Shown here: positions 1 through 11,700 of the stretch, piece by piece
Numbering within the stretch: the stretch's first letter is position 1
How the letters are laid out: every line of letters begins with the position of its first letter
Source of the DNA: Lama glama
Lineage: Eukaryota
Reading direction: 5' to 3'
Assembly: GCA_028534125.1 (NCBI GenBank)
Contig: CM052841.1
Coordinates: 59,272,001-59,336,000 of the forward strand
Length of the DNA stretch: 64,000 bases
Notes under the pieces: model-generated
The model's input: only the letters and a program-made list of their open reading frames with translations
The model's database searches: none
What the model was told of the DNA's origin: nothing
Program-made: the position numbers and the translations under genes

Positions 1-799
1 GGCATCTGGCCTTTCCCTCTGAGGCCGGGCGCGGGTTTATGAGGTGTCTTTGAAGAGGACTGGAGTCATCCGGCCCGTGATGTCTGCACGTTGCATAATT
101 TCGCAATTTGGTTTTCTTTTCAGGAGAAGGGTCAATGCTTCCCTCTCCCTCCTCCTTCTCATTTTTATTTTCTTTTCCTCTTGATCCTCCCTCATCGACT
201 GGCCTGGAATGCCTCCTCCCTCGGGCTGGGAGATCACCCAGTCCTCAGAGAGGATTAACTGGAATTACCCACAGGTTAACTGGAATATCCTTGTCAAGTT
301 TCTGAGATGGAGAAATCCTCCTTTTGTACTCAGAGGAGAGCAGAGGAAGCCAGCCTCCCTTCTTGGCCAGGATTGAGAAAAGTCACCCAGCAAGGACACC
401 AGACCCAAGCCAGGCCTGGGGCTGTGTGACATTCATTCTCACTGATCCATGGTGACATGAGAAAACTCGAGGACAGGCCTGGCGTCAGCTACTTTCTTCT
501 GTCAGGTGTCCTTTTATGCAGGATGATGATAACAGGAATTTTATTTTAAATGTCAGAAAGTGTTGGCACCCTTCTGTCTGTCTTCAGAATTTAGGGGAAA
601 CTTTACAGGCCTGTGAAGTCCCCAGACCAGGAAACCACTGATTTACTTCCTCTGCAGCACCCGAAACAGAAGTTGAGTCTCAGGGAGCCTTCGATGAAGT
701 CTTTAATGCCTGGGGAGCCCAGGGACGCCGCGGCCGCATGTGAACGCCAGCCATGCACTGGGGGCAGGCTGGGTGCGGGCTGGGCGCGGGCTGGAGGCA

Positions 800-1185
800 G
801 TATTTGTTGGCTAGGGCAGCTTAATACAACAGAAATGTGTTCTCTCACAGTTCTGGAGGCCAGAGCCCACGATCAAGGTGTTGGCAGGGTTGGTTCCTTC
901 TGGGGGCTCTAAGGGGTACTCTTTCCATGTCTCTCTCCACGCTTGGCATTCCTTGGCTTGTAGACCCATCACTCCAGTCTCTGCCTCTGTCGTCATATGG
1001 CTTTCTCCCTGTGTTCCTCTGAGTTCAAGTTTCCTGCTGCTTATAAAGAGGCCAGCCATTGGATTAGGGCCACCCTAATCCTGTGTGACCTCATCTTAAC
1101 TTGATCACATCTTGCAAAGGCACTGTCTTCAAACAAGGCCACATTCCCAGGTTCCAGGTAGACCTGAGTTTTATGGGGATGCTCT
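800..1185 (-). mobile_element. MLT1-type (MaLR) solo LTR
   Basis: Hallmarks acagaaatgtgttctctcacagttctggaggccag, ttataaagaggccagccattggattagggccaccctaatc, gacctcatcttaacttgatcacatct. Confidence 0.85.
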
Positions 1186-4099
1186 TTGACTTGGTACAGG
1201 GACCTGAAGGGTGAGGAGCAAGGCTTGCCTGGATAGGGCATTGCTGAGCCTTAGTACTTTGGAGTGTCTACAGCCATTGGAGTTGGGTTAACACAGGATA
1301 CTCAGGGGTCCTGCCAGCATTCCCACAGAAGAGACAGGTGCACACAAGGACCCAGGTCCAGGAGGTAGAGCCATCACCACAGCCAGGGCCAGGTCTTGTC
1401 ACCCTTACTGAATAGACCCAGAGACTCCAGAGGTGACCTGGCCAGGGACTCGCTGACCCCAGAGTCTGTGCTATGTGTCCTAGACTCACTGGCCATAGCA
1501 TTTAGTCCTTCAGCGGCACTGGCTGGGACTGCTTAGTGGCACTGAGAGCCTCTCCTCACCCTGCACGAGGCACCAGCCCTGGCCCCACTCCCTGGGCAGG
1601 GAGAGCGGCCCCTCCGGGTAATGACAGGGCCCTGCCATTCTGGGTGGCGCCTGCCAGTGCAGCCTCCGCCTGCTTTGCGGGTAAAGGGTAGCCTGCAGGG
1701 CAGGAAGGAGGGAGGGGTCCAGGCTCTTCTGTTCCCCCTGGGACACTTATCTCTTCTGGCAAAGGCCCTGTGGTCGGACTTTCCAGGGCTTGCATCCCAG
1801 CCCAACACCTCTTAGCCGAGTGATCTTGAGCAGGCAAGTCCCACGCCTCCTGAGCCTTCCACTGCTTCTCCTGTGCAGGAGGAGTGAGGATTGCAGCCCT
1901 GCCTGGCTGAGTGAGCTAGAGGTTGTAACCGCCTCTTACTGATCCTTCCGGCGCCTAGTATGGAGCCTGGCACACCGTCAGTGCTCAGTAAATACTCACC
2001 AAATAGGAGAGAGTGTCTGGAGCCCGGAATTTAGACTTCATGGCACTCCTGAGATACAGACCCAGCCTGGTCTCTTGAGAGGGAGATTCTGTGGGCATCT
2101 CCTTCCTCCTGTCTGTGGATAGTTACCTGAGGTGATGGTGCCAGGGTAGGATGGTCACGTGTGCCCGTAGCATTGGCAGAGGCAAGATGCTGCTGAACTG
2201 TGACTGGGGCTTATCCCCTTGAGTAAATTTATACCTAAACTTGGTACCCTGGGAGGCAGAGTACAGAGAGCACTGAAAGAGGAGTCTGGAGATCTGAGTT
2301 CTGGCCCTGGCTTTGCACCCCTTCCCAGCTCTGTGGGCAGATTTTTACAGTGCCCTGTTGGCCCTACAGAGACTCCCTCCCCTCTGCAGACCTGAGGCCA
2401 CTGCTGTCATTAAGACCTCTATCCCACAACTATTCCTGGACTTGCCCAGCCTCCGGGCCTTTGCACATGCTGTGCCTTCTGCCCGGACTGCCCTCCCCCG
2501 CTCCTCCAGTTGGAGCAGCTTCCTCTCCTGAGGAAACCACCTCCCCAGGCAGACTGCAGATACCCTGGTGTGCAAAGCAGCAGTCACACCGGGTTGCAGG
2601 TGTTGGTTTATGAGACTCCTCTCTCTAAACAAGGAGCCCCACTGAGGATGGAGACTGGTCCTAAGACGTGTTGGTCAATTGAACAAACGATTGAATGTCC
2701 TTGGACACATCACATCTCTGTTCCAAGCCTGTTTCTGGTCTTCCTGCTTTCAAGTACAGGATGTGGACTGGTGGATTCTTAGGGGGTTTTCTGAGGTCTC
2801 TGGTGAAACAGGAGACCTCAGATGAGTGGATTCAGTGTTTCTTCTGCTCCCAGAAATAGAACAGTAATGTGGTAGCGACTGCACGAGTGTCTGTTTAACA
2901 ATCATCTGCCTTTGATGGAATGATATGAACACAGCTTGGGAGATTTTCTGGGTGTTCAGTGCAACATCCCCAGTTAAGGGATTCCAGGGTCTTTGGAAAG
3001 GTGGGACTAAGGAAGTGATTCTAACTGCCGTTGGGCCAACTCTGCACCTGTCCCTCTGCGGGAATTCTTCCCATGAACGGAGGGAAGCATGTGTGCATCC
3101 AGACGCTGCGTGCACCCACCCTACAGAACTCTCTCTGCGCTTCCATGTCTGGCTGGAGCTCCTCTTCATGTTGTGGACAGCAGGTTCCACTGGGGTTCAC
3201 CCCCAACTCCAGACGGTCACTGGATTTCAAATTCCACCTTTGCCATCCCCCAGCGGTGCAAATCGGCACCTCTCTGAGCCTCAGTCTCCCCGTCTGCAAA
3301 ATGGGGATAGTAACACCCACCCAGCAAGTGAACCCAAATATGCGGCCCAGTGCATGGCAAGGGGTGGGAGCACGTTCTTACCGTGAGTATTCCGTACTCT
3401 AGAAATCAGAGTGAAATGGAGATCAGCAGTCTGCTCGTTGAAGTCAAAAAACGTCTGTAGTCTGAAGAATTTTGTTTTGGAAGACAAGCCGAGGTTTTGG
3501 GTCAGAACCTTATTCCCTCAGGAATTTCACGGTTGAGCCTCCAGGCGGATTTTATAAGCTTGGTGACCACCCAAGCCTTTGAGCCTTCCACGTGGATGTT
3601 CCCAGGTCAGGCTTTTCGGGAATCTCTTGCACAGCTGGGCTGCTTGTCGCATCGGTAGCATCATTTCCACAGAGCGGGTCTGTCTGGCAATGAATAGATG
3701 GTTTTTTTCTGTCTCTTTCTTGGATGTCTGAATGGCAGTCTCCCTCCTGCGGTCCCAGAGGCCGACCTGAGTGTAAAACTCCGAAATGGACATTAGAGCG
3801 GGGTCGTCCCTTCCTGCTTGGACTCGTGGCTCCCAGCGAGGCTCAAAGAGGTGGGTCGATGGCTGCCATGACCTGGGAGTTTCCCGAGGGTCTCCCGGGC
3901 TGTGGTTAGAAAGGCTGCTGAGCAAAGGGAAGGAATCGGAGTTCCCGGACCAGGTAGCGGCTCAGAGCAGCAGTGGAGTTAAGAAGGATGGTTTGGGTCC
4001 CTAGAAACAGGCCTGCTGGCATCCAAGCCACAGATGCAAAGCCCCTGAGAGCAGGGAGAACTCTGGAGATCCGCCTGCTGCTGGCTGGAGGGCCTTGTG

Positions 4100-4300
4100 G
4101 CCTGGTGGTTGGAGCGTGGGTTCTGGAGCCACACTACCTGGCTTCAAACCCCAGTTTTTCCACCTATGCTGGACAGCATGCCTGACCTTTTAATGCCTCA
4201 GTTTTCCGCTTGTATCAAATAGAGATAGTTATGTGCTCTAAGGGGTGGGTAGTTTAACATCACTTAAGTGCATTAAAACAGGGCTCAGTGCATAGTAAAT
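4100..4300 (+). mobile_element. MIR SINE
   Basis: ctggagccacactacctggcttcaaacccca ... gcctcagttttccgcttgta core. Confidence 0.7.
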
Positions 4301-5844
4301 AAACAAGGGTAAACTGAGGCCCAGAGGGGGCAAGGGACTCGTCTGTGGTCACCCAGCAAGTCATTGGAGCAGCCAGGCAGAAACTCATGATTCCTAGTCT
4401 CGTGGACACTTCCCTCCTCCTCCTTCCCCCTCAGTCAGACTGTTTCAACTCTGCCTTCTGCAGAGGAAATCGCGTGACCCCTCAGCCCACAAGAATTCAG
4501 ACTGTAGAGAATTTCGGAGACCTCTTCGGGCTGGCTGGGGGCCTTGCTGCAATTCCATTCAACTGCTAGTTCTTTTTTCCTCCCTGTTTTGCTTTTAAAG
4601 CTCTAGAGGGTCTCCCCTTTCCCATCTCCCCAAAGAGAAAAATTAACCTTCTGGCAAAGGAGTTTGAAGATTTAGGTCCTGCTGTGTGTCCCTGAACCAA
4701 CCCCCCACCCCCTTTCTGGGCCTCAGGTTCCCCACCTGTGAAAGGAGAAGGGTCCCTGCCTGCCAGCCTGTAATTGCTTTGGGGACAGGCGAGCTGAGAC
4801 GTGTCACCCAGAGCGCAGGTCTGCTTTGACGGTCGGCTGAGTGCTGACTCAACTAAAGCCAGTGACGCATCCTTCTAGGAAGTGAGGTGAAACCCACCAG
4901 AAATGCTGCCCGCGTCCGCCCACCTCCTACTTTCCAAGGTTATTTGAGTCACTAGAGTTGTCTGTACTTTTCTCGCTCTCCTGTTTCAGCTAAACACTCC
5001 TCAAGCCCTCTGGGCTGAGGCCAGGCAGCCAGGACTGTTCCCGTCTGCAGGCCTCCAGGCATCAGAACCCAGCAGCCTGCTGGGCTCCGCAGCCGTGCTC
5101 TGGAGGCAGCCAGCCTAGGGGGTGAATCCCGGCGCCCGGCCAGCAGGATGGGCGGATGGGAGCCCCAGCTCACTGTGCTCTTCATCCTGTCCAAGCGGCA
5201 CAGGGTCTCCTGCGCTTCAGCTGGGGCACAAGAGATGTTAATATATCCGAGTCCTCCCTGGCTATGGGGGACAGAGGGACATTTGACCAAGCCAGGAAAC
5301 GTGGAGGCAGACCCTCACCCATTAGGGCCAGCAGCTTCCTGAGTGCAGCCCTCTCAGCCTTCTGATGGGGAGCCTAGTGTCCAGGAGGAGAAGGACCGTG
5401 GAGCCAAGACTAGAACCCAGGACCCTAGACCAAGAGTCCCCTTGCCCTGGGTCCTCCTGGCACCATCGGGGGGCCAGCCCGGCTGGGCCTGGGAATTCAG
5501 AGATGGGTGCCATGGTCGGCCTGGAGTGGACTCAGGGCTGAGCCCTGTCTTGCTAGGCCCTGGCAGCGGCCTCAGGCAAGTCATGCTCAGCCCTGAGCCC
5601 CTATTTCCTCATCTCAAAAATGGGCCTCGTTCCTGCTCTGCCCAATCTCTAAGAGTTATCATGAGGCTTTGTAAGATGGTGTGTGTAAAAACCCCTCTGC
5701 AGGCAATCAAGAACTGTCCAGATGTGAAGAATTTGATATTTGTCATCCCCTGGGCATTTCTGTATCCCTGTCACTCCAGTAGTATCTGGTACAGAGTAGG
5801 TGCTCGGTGAGTGTTGAATCAATGAATGACAGACAATAGGTATC

Positions 5845-6000
5845 ATTTATTAAGCACCTGCTGTGTACCAAGCATCACCCAGGGAACACCGTAAGGTGCT
5901 ATAATCTTCACAACAACCCCAGGAGTTTAGGTATGTCCCGTTTTACAGATAAGAAAGCTGAGGCTCAAAAAATGAAGCAGCTTACCTGAGGTCACACACA
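5845..6000 (-). mobile_element. MIR SINE
   Basis: aatcttcacaacaaccc ... ttttacagataagaaagctgaggctca ... aggtcacac. Confidence 0.75.
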
Positions 6001-6009
6001 AGCTCCTCC

Positions 6010-6240
6010 CTGGGCTGTGCTGGGGTTTAACAAACAGGTCCTGGGGCAGAGGGGTGGTGGGGTGGGAGTGAGAGGGATTTGTACAAAGCCTTGATTTGTA
6101 GCATTTGTCAACTTCCATGGTGTAAATGTTCCTACCGAGCCTGATCACAGGCAACCCACGTGACAACTGTCTCAGAATATCTGAGAGTTTAGCAAAGCAG
6201 CCCACATGAGCCAGGAGCAGTGGCTCCAGTGCACCCGTGC
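6010..6240. mobile_element. hAT DNA transposon relic, MER63-like
   Basis: ttgatttgtagcatttgtcaacttccatggtgtaaatgttcctacc and terminal ggctccagtgcacc resemble MER63 as recalled. Confidence 0.55.
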
Positions 6241-9200
6241 AGCCTTCTGCTTTGCACAGCTCCTCATGTGCCCAAGGAAGGCCACTGAGTTACCAGTGTC
6301 CCCTGGCCTGGGACCGAGGACTGGAACCAGGCACCCCACAGACTGGCCTGGGTGGGCATTCCTGTGCTTCTGGATGCCCCAGCCCTCTCCCTCCAGAGCC
6401 CCTGGAGTTCCCGGGGGTCTCCATGTAACACAGAGACTGGGGTGGGGGGGTGATGGATGAGACTCAAAGACGAATCTGCAACATCGAGACCGGAATATTA
6501 AGGCCTGCCAGCCCCACTGCGTGTGATATTCCTGCCAGGCCCGGAGCAGAGCCCTGTAAACGCCGGGATATAATGGACAATAAAAGTCGCCGGAAAATAG
6601 TGAGTCTCCTAGGACCACTGTCATCCCTGCCACACGCTGCCTGCTGGAACCGCGAGCCCAGTGATCATGAGGCACGATCGTCATGTAAATATAGAGGATC
6701 TCTCGCCAGCCACGGGCCAAGATTTATTTTATTGAGATGGTGGGGGGAGGGGGCGGCTCAGGTTCATCGTCCTGGTAACTTTGGAAAATGCTTTGCCATC
6801 ACTTCCAGCTTCTGGGAGAATGAATGCAGCAGGAGCCCGTGTGGCCTCTCCCATCCTCCCAAAAAGGGGAGATCCCCAGAGGCCGTGGCCGTGGTCACCT
6901 CCTCCCACGTTCCCAGGCCCAGGGGCCTGGTTGGCCACAAGACTGGGGTCCCCTGGAGAATGAAGACCAGCCTTATTGGGACAATTGTTTCAAAGAGTGA
7001 GTTGCCAGCAATCTTTGTCATGGGGATGTTACTTTTGAATGAGCGCTGGTATTTTATGATGATAATGGTAGTCAGAATAGCAGTGGCAGCTGCATTGTGG
7101 AGCTCTTGTCTGCATCCAGTCCTTGTAGTCCTGGGCTGCTGGCATTCCGCCTGCATGTCCTCCACTCAGTCCTCATAACAGCCCCACAAGGTGGGGCCTA
7201 CACAGCCCCCTGTTTGCAGGGGGGCAATTGCGGAAAGGTGGCTGCAGGCCTGAGCCTCTGGCTGGACAGAGGCCTTGCAGGATCTGAACTTGGGGCTGTC
7301 TGACTCCAGGGCCTGTGAGCTGCCTTACCTCAATTTCTGGCCCTCGGGTCCCAGATCAAGGGCCACCACCTCCCTGCAGCCTCTTGATTGGCCCAGGTTG
7401 GAATCAGTGGCCCCTTCTTTGGTTCTGTGATGCACTTAAGCACTTTGGCCTGGTCCCGCCGCTATGACCCTGTTTGCTCCTTCCCAGAGGGCAGGAGTCC
7501 AGTCTGTACAGTGCAGAGAACATCCAGGCGAGCAATGACTCAGACCTACATTTCCATCCAGGCTCTGCCTCTCTCCAGCTGGGATGCCTTCTGTGAGTCA
7601 TTTGACCATTCTAGCCTCACTTTTCTCATCTGTCAAATGGAGGCATTGTCGGCTTTGTAGGGTCTCTTTATGAGCTCATGAGCTGTCAACACCCCTCAAG
7701 GATCTGGCCCTGCGCCTGGCACTGAAGGGGTGCTCAATGTGTGAGCCCCGAAGGTACACATCGCACCTCCATGGCTGTGTCTGGGAGCCAGGAGGGATCT
7801 GAGCCATGCCTCCACGTGACTGCGGCTTACTGAGAGTATGGGCAGTGTGCAGGGGGCTGGGGGGAGCACAAAGTCTTCCAAGGCCAGAGAGAGCGTCCCT
7901 GAACAATTCTAGACCCAGAAGTTCTGGTTTTCCTCCCAGACATGAGCACACGATTAGATACGGGCTTCCCAGAGCTCAGTTTCAGGGTGCGCCAGCAAGT
8001 TGCAAATCCTCCATCAGCCTCATAAAAAGTGTCAGCACAAGAACAGCCCTCCTACAACTACCGAGCCTGACACACTCATGTTGCAGGTCAGGAAACTGAG
8101 GCCCGGAGACAGGCCATGACTTTCCCAAGGCCATGTGGCCCTTGAGAGACCTTGGCCCTATGAGTCCCAGACCACCAAGCCACTCGTGCTGCGGCTCAGA
8201 GCAGAATTCACCCTCAATGAGTTAAAAATGGCCTGACTTGGAATCAGAGCAGACCCTGGGGGGAACTTGACTCAGGAAGCTCTGGGGCCACAGTGGTGTG
8301 GCCAGGGAAGCTGAGATTATGTGCTGGCCTGTAACTCCACGTGGGGTGGCAGGGCTGAGTGGAGGAGACGCTGAGCCATGCTCAGCCAGCCGTGTCGAGG
8401 TTGTGCTGGAGGCTCGTGGTGAGTTGGGAGGCCCTGAGAGTCCAGGGACTGATGGGACTGTGAGCCCGTCTGTGCCCCTCAGCACTGCTCTGCCCTCTCT
8501 TCTGTGTCCCAAGTGGATAGGCATGGAGTGACCGGCAGTGAACATGTGTGCAAGGGGCACAGAGGCTGATCAGAGCCAAGGCTGATTTCTCACTGCTCCG
8601 CCAGGAGAAAGAGGAAGGCTCCATGAATCTGTGCTTTCCCTGGGTGCTGCCATGTCCTTGGTGGGGGCCCCCGAGGGAATTCCTCTCCAGCAGACAGGAG
8701 GCCAGAAGCAGAAGAAAAACAGTAATTGGGCAAAAAGTGCCCAACTCGGGGGGGCCCAACTGGCCCGTCTGGAGCCTCTGCTGTGGGTCGAGGCTGATGC
8801 CGCCCACCTCGCCGGGTTGTGGAGGACGGTCCTTAAAGGCAGCCCTGTGCACCAGGGCCTGGGCAGGGAGTCCACCCGCAGGCCTGTGGACGGCTGGCCT
8901 GGGCCCAGCCACAGCCACCCAGGGGGCCGGCACCTGGCATATGCCTGACAGTTGGGCCCGGCTGGCGGGGAAGGTGCACTGGCAGGTGGCCGAGCCCCAG
9001 TGCCAGGATCTGGCTCGGTGTGTCCTCCGGGGCCTCAGCTGCCATATGCCCGTGTCAGTCCCAGCGGTCGAGCTGCAGATGGGGCGCGGGGGGTGGTTTG
9101 CCTGGGGTGGAGCTGGCTCCTGTTCTCGAGGAGGACGCAGGTGCCGACCACGGGAGCTCGTTTCGGAGCTGGAGGGCTGGGGCTGCCCTGAGGCTTCCCT

Positions 9201-11419
9201 GATTTCTCCCACATACCCGCAGGTCCGCCAGCCTCCACGCCTTTGATCCCATGTGTCCTCAGCCAGAATTCCCTTCCCCTCCGGTGCTAATTCCGCCCAT
9301 CCTTCTAGGCCATCCCAGACTGCACCTCTTGTAAGACGCTGTCCGTAACCTTGCCTGGCTGTCTGTCCTTTTCTTGGGGGCACTTTTCATGCTCTTTCCT
9401 GACTTGTGGATATCTCTGTCCCTGTGTTGCTGGGTTCTCGCCTGTGACCCCGGGAGAGCCAGGGGGTTTCCATCGGGTTGTCTTGCGATCACCGGTCATC
9501 AGCACGGGCCCTGAGTAGAGGCAGTAGCTGGAAGGGCATGTGGAAGGAAGGGAAGGCCGGAACACTGTGAGTCCTCAGTTCCTGGATCCACAGCCTTGTT
9601 TTGGAGAGCCTGGGGCAGAGTAAGGATGTAGTAATAATAGTAACAGTAACTCCATTGACTGGGGGTCTATGATGCGTAAGGCCCAGAGCTAAGCACTTTT
9701 GATTCACTTAAATGTCATGGAACCCTCCATAGCCCCCCCCGGGGGGGGCTGCATACTATTCATGTCCATGATTTACCCATGAGAACACTGAGGACATACA
9801 GCTGGGATGCACCAGAGCCAGGACTTGAACCCAGAGCTGCAGTCTACCAAGGCTCTCATCTCTGCAACAAATATTTTGGGCTCAGCTTACAAAAGAGAGA
9901 CTAGAAAGGGTTAAGCTTTTAAAGGGCCAGCAAGAAAGTTTCTGAGTCTGCTGTCAGCGCTCTGGATTCTAGGTTGGGGGTGAGGGGTTGATGGAGCCTG
10001 GAGGGCGGATTCCTTTGCCTGACCGTGTGGGTGTGGAATGGGTTTAGGAGGTAGGTCCTGGCCAGGCACCTACTGCTTTGTTCATGGCCCAGGGCAAGCC
10101 TCTTGCCCTCCTGCCTCCATTTCCTGGAGGGCAACGTGGGGGCCAGGACTGGGCAAGCCCAGAGTGGACTCTGCATTCCAAGCCCCCTGGCTCGGGGCAC
10201 ACTCACGCTCTCTCCAAGACTGTCCTGTGGCCACTGCCATCAGGTTCCTGTCCCTGGTGAGCAGCGGGCTCCCTGGCGGGCTCCCTGGCAGCAGCGACAA
10301 GTTCCTTTCACCACAGAGGTGGCAGCCGGAGCTATTTTTGGAGCAGTGTGGTGGGGGAGTTTCCTTTTGGCAGTGGCCAGGGACCGGAGTCTTGGGCAGG
10401 GGAAGTCCCGTACAGAGGCAGGGCCGGCCCTCTTCCTTCACCAGCCCTGGCACAGAGAGGCCACCCAGATCCCCGGAGGTCCCGGCACCACGCGTGCATC
10501 TACCCTCAACCCTGGGCTGAGCAGACCTTCCCCCGAGCTTCTCAGGAGCCACTTTGCAAGGTACCGGCCTTTGCCCTGCCACCTGCTGTGGGGAACCCCT
10601 CACCCTTTCTTGCCACTTGGGGCTACTGCCTTTGCTCTCGAGAGTGTGCCCAGCAAATGACAAGGAGGCAGGCCCAAGAGACCTCCGGGGCCTGGGCTTA
10701 CAGAGCACCTGACCTTGGCTGCACCTCTGTCACCACTGCCCACCTGACCACCTGCCTGATGCGGGCTGCCAGTGGGCCAGTGCCATCACCCTGGCATGAC
10801 CTTTGCCACTGCCCAGGTTGGGGGGGGGTGCTGGTTTCACACTGGGTGATCCTGGGCTTTGCCAGAACTCCTGAGGTTACAAGGGAAGCAGGAAAAGTAA
10901 TTCTTATCTCCCCGGGGTGGTTATGGCTGCCTGGGCTCCTTCCCGATGTCTGAGCAGTGAGTTCTCCACAGAAGTTTCTCCTGCCAGGATAGCCATCCTT
11001 TCAAGCCTTAAAAAGAGGACAGAAGAGAAAATCAGGGAAGGCCAGGGGTTCAAGAACTTCCCCCATATAGAAGCCGCTGGGTGGGGCTGTGGATGTCCTC
11101 CCGGAGCCTGGGGCAGGCTTTTTACAACACTGAGGGCCCCCATCCCCCTGGGGCTGCCCAGCTGGGTTTCCTCCTTCACCTATTGGTTGGCAGGACAGTA
11201 GCTGTGATCTGAGACAGGATATGGGAATAGAGGAGTTTGTGCTCTGAAATTGTCCCTTCCCTTACACTCCAGGCTCTCCCCAGCAGCCCCAGGGATGAGC
11301 TAGCCTGGGGCCCCAGGCTTCCCCCTCTTGGCCCCTATTACATATTTGCCTCTTGGTCCCTATTACATATTATCTATTGGGTCAGCAGCCCTTTGCCTCT
11401 GCAGCTTGCTGGGGCCACA

Positions 11420-11700
11420 GGGTGAATAATTTGGTCTCTGCCCTCAAGGAAATCTCCATTTGTGGGAGAGGAAAACGTGAGCATTCAGTGACAGCACAGA
11501 GACCAGGGCAATGGAGCTTGGGAGTCACTGACTGGGGGAGTCCAGGGGGGCTGCCTGGAGGAGGTGCTTCGGATTGGGGCCTGAGGGATATCCAGGCTTG
11601 CCAGGAGGCAGTTCATTCCAGGCAGGAGAAGCAGAGCCTGCCAAGGCCTTTAGGAGAGAACAAGTTCATTTGCCTGGAGGGCAGGGGTGCTTGGGATGGT
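11420..11700. mobile_element. L2 LINE fragment
   Basis: ggtctctgccctcaagga, gggctgcctggaggaggtg, cattccaggcaggagaagcagagcctgccaaggcc are typical degraded L2 3' sequence. Confidence 0.55.

Noticed and set aside
8382-9383. Longest ORF (333 aa, - strand) with overlapping 232-aa + strand ORF
   Set aside because: Pro/Gly/Arg/Ala-rich with no domain or splice structure; several frames open at once, as expected in very GC-rich intron
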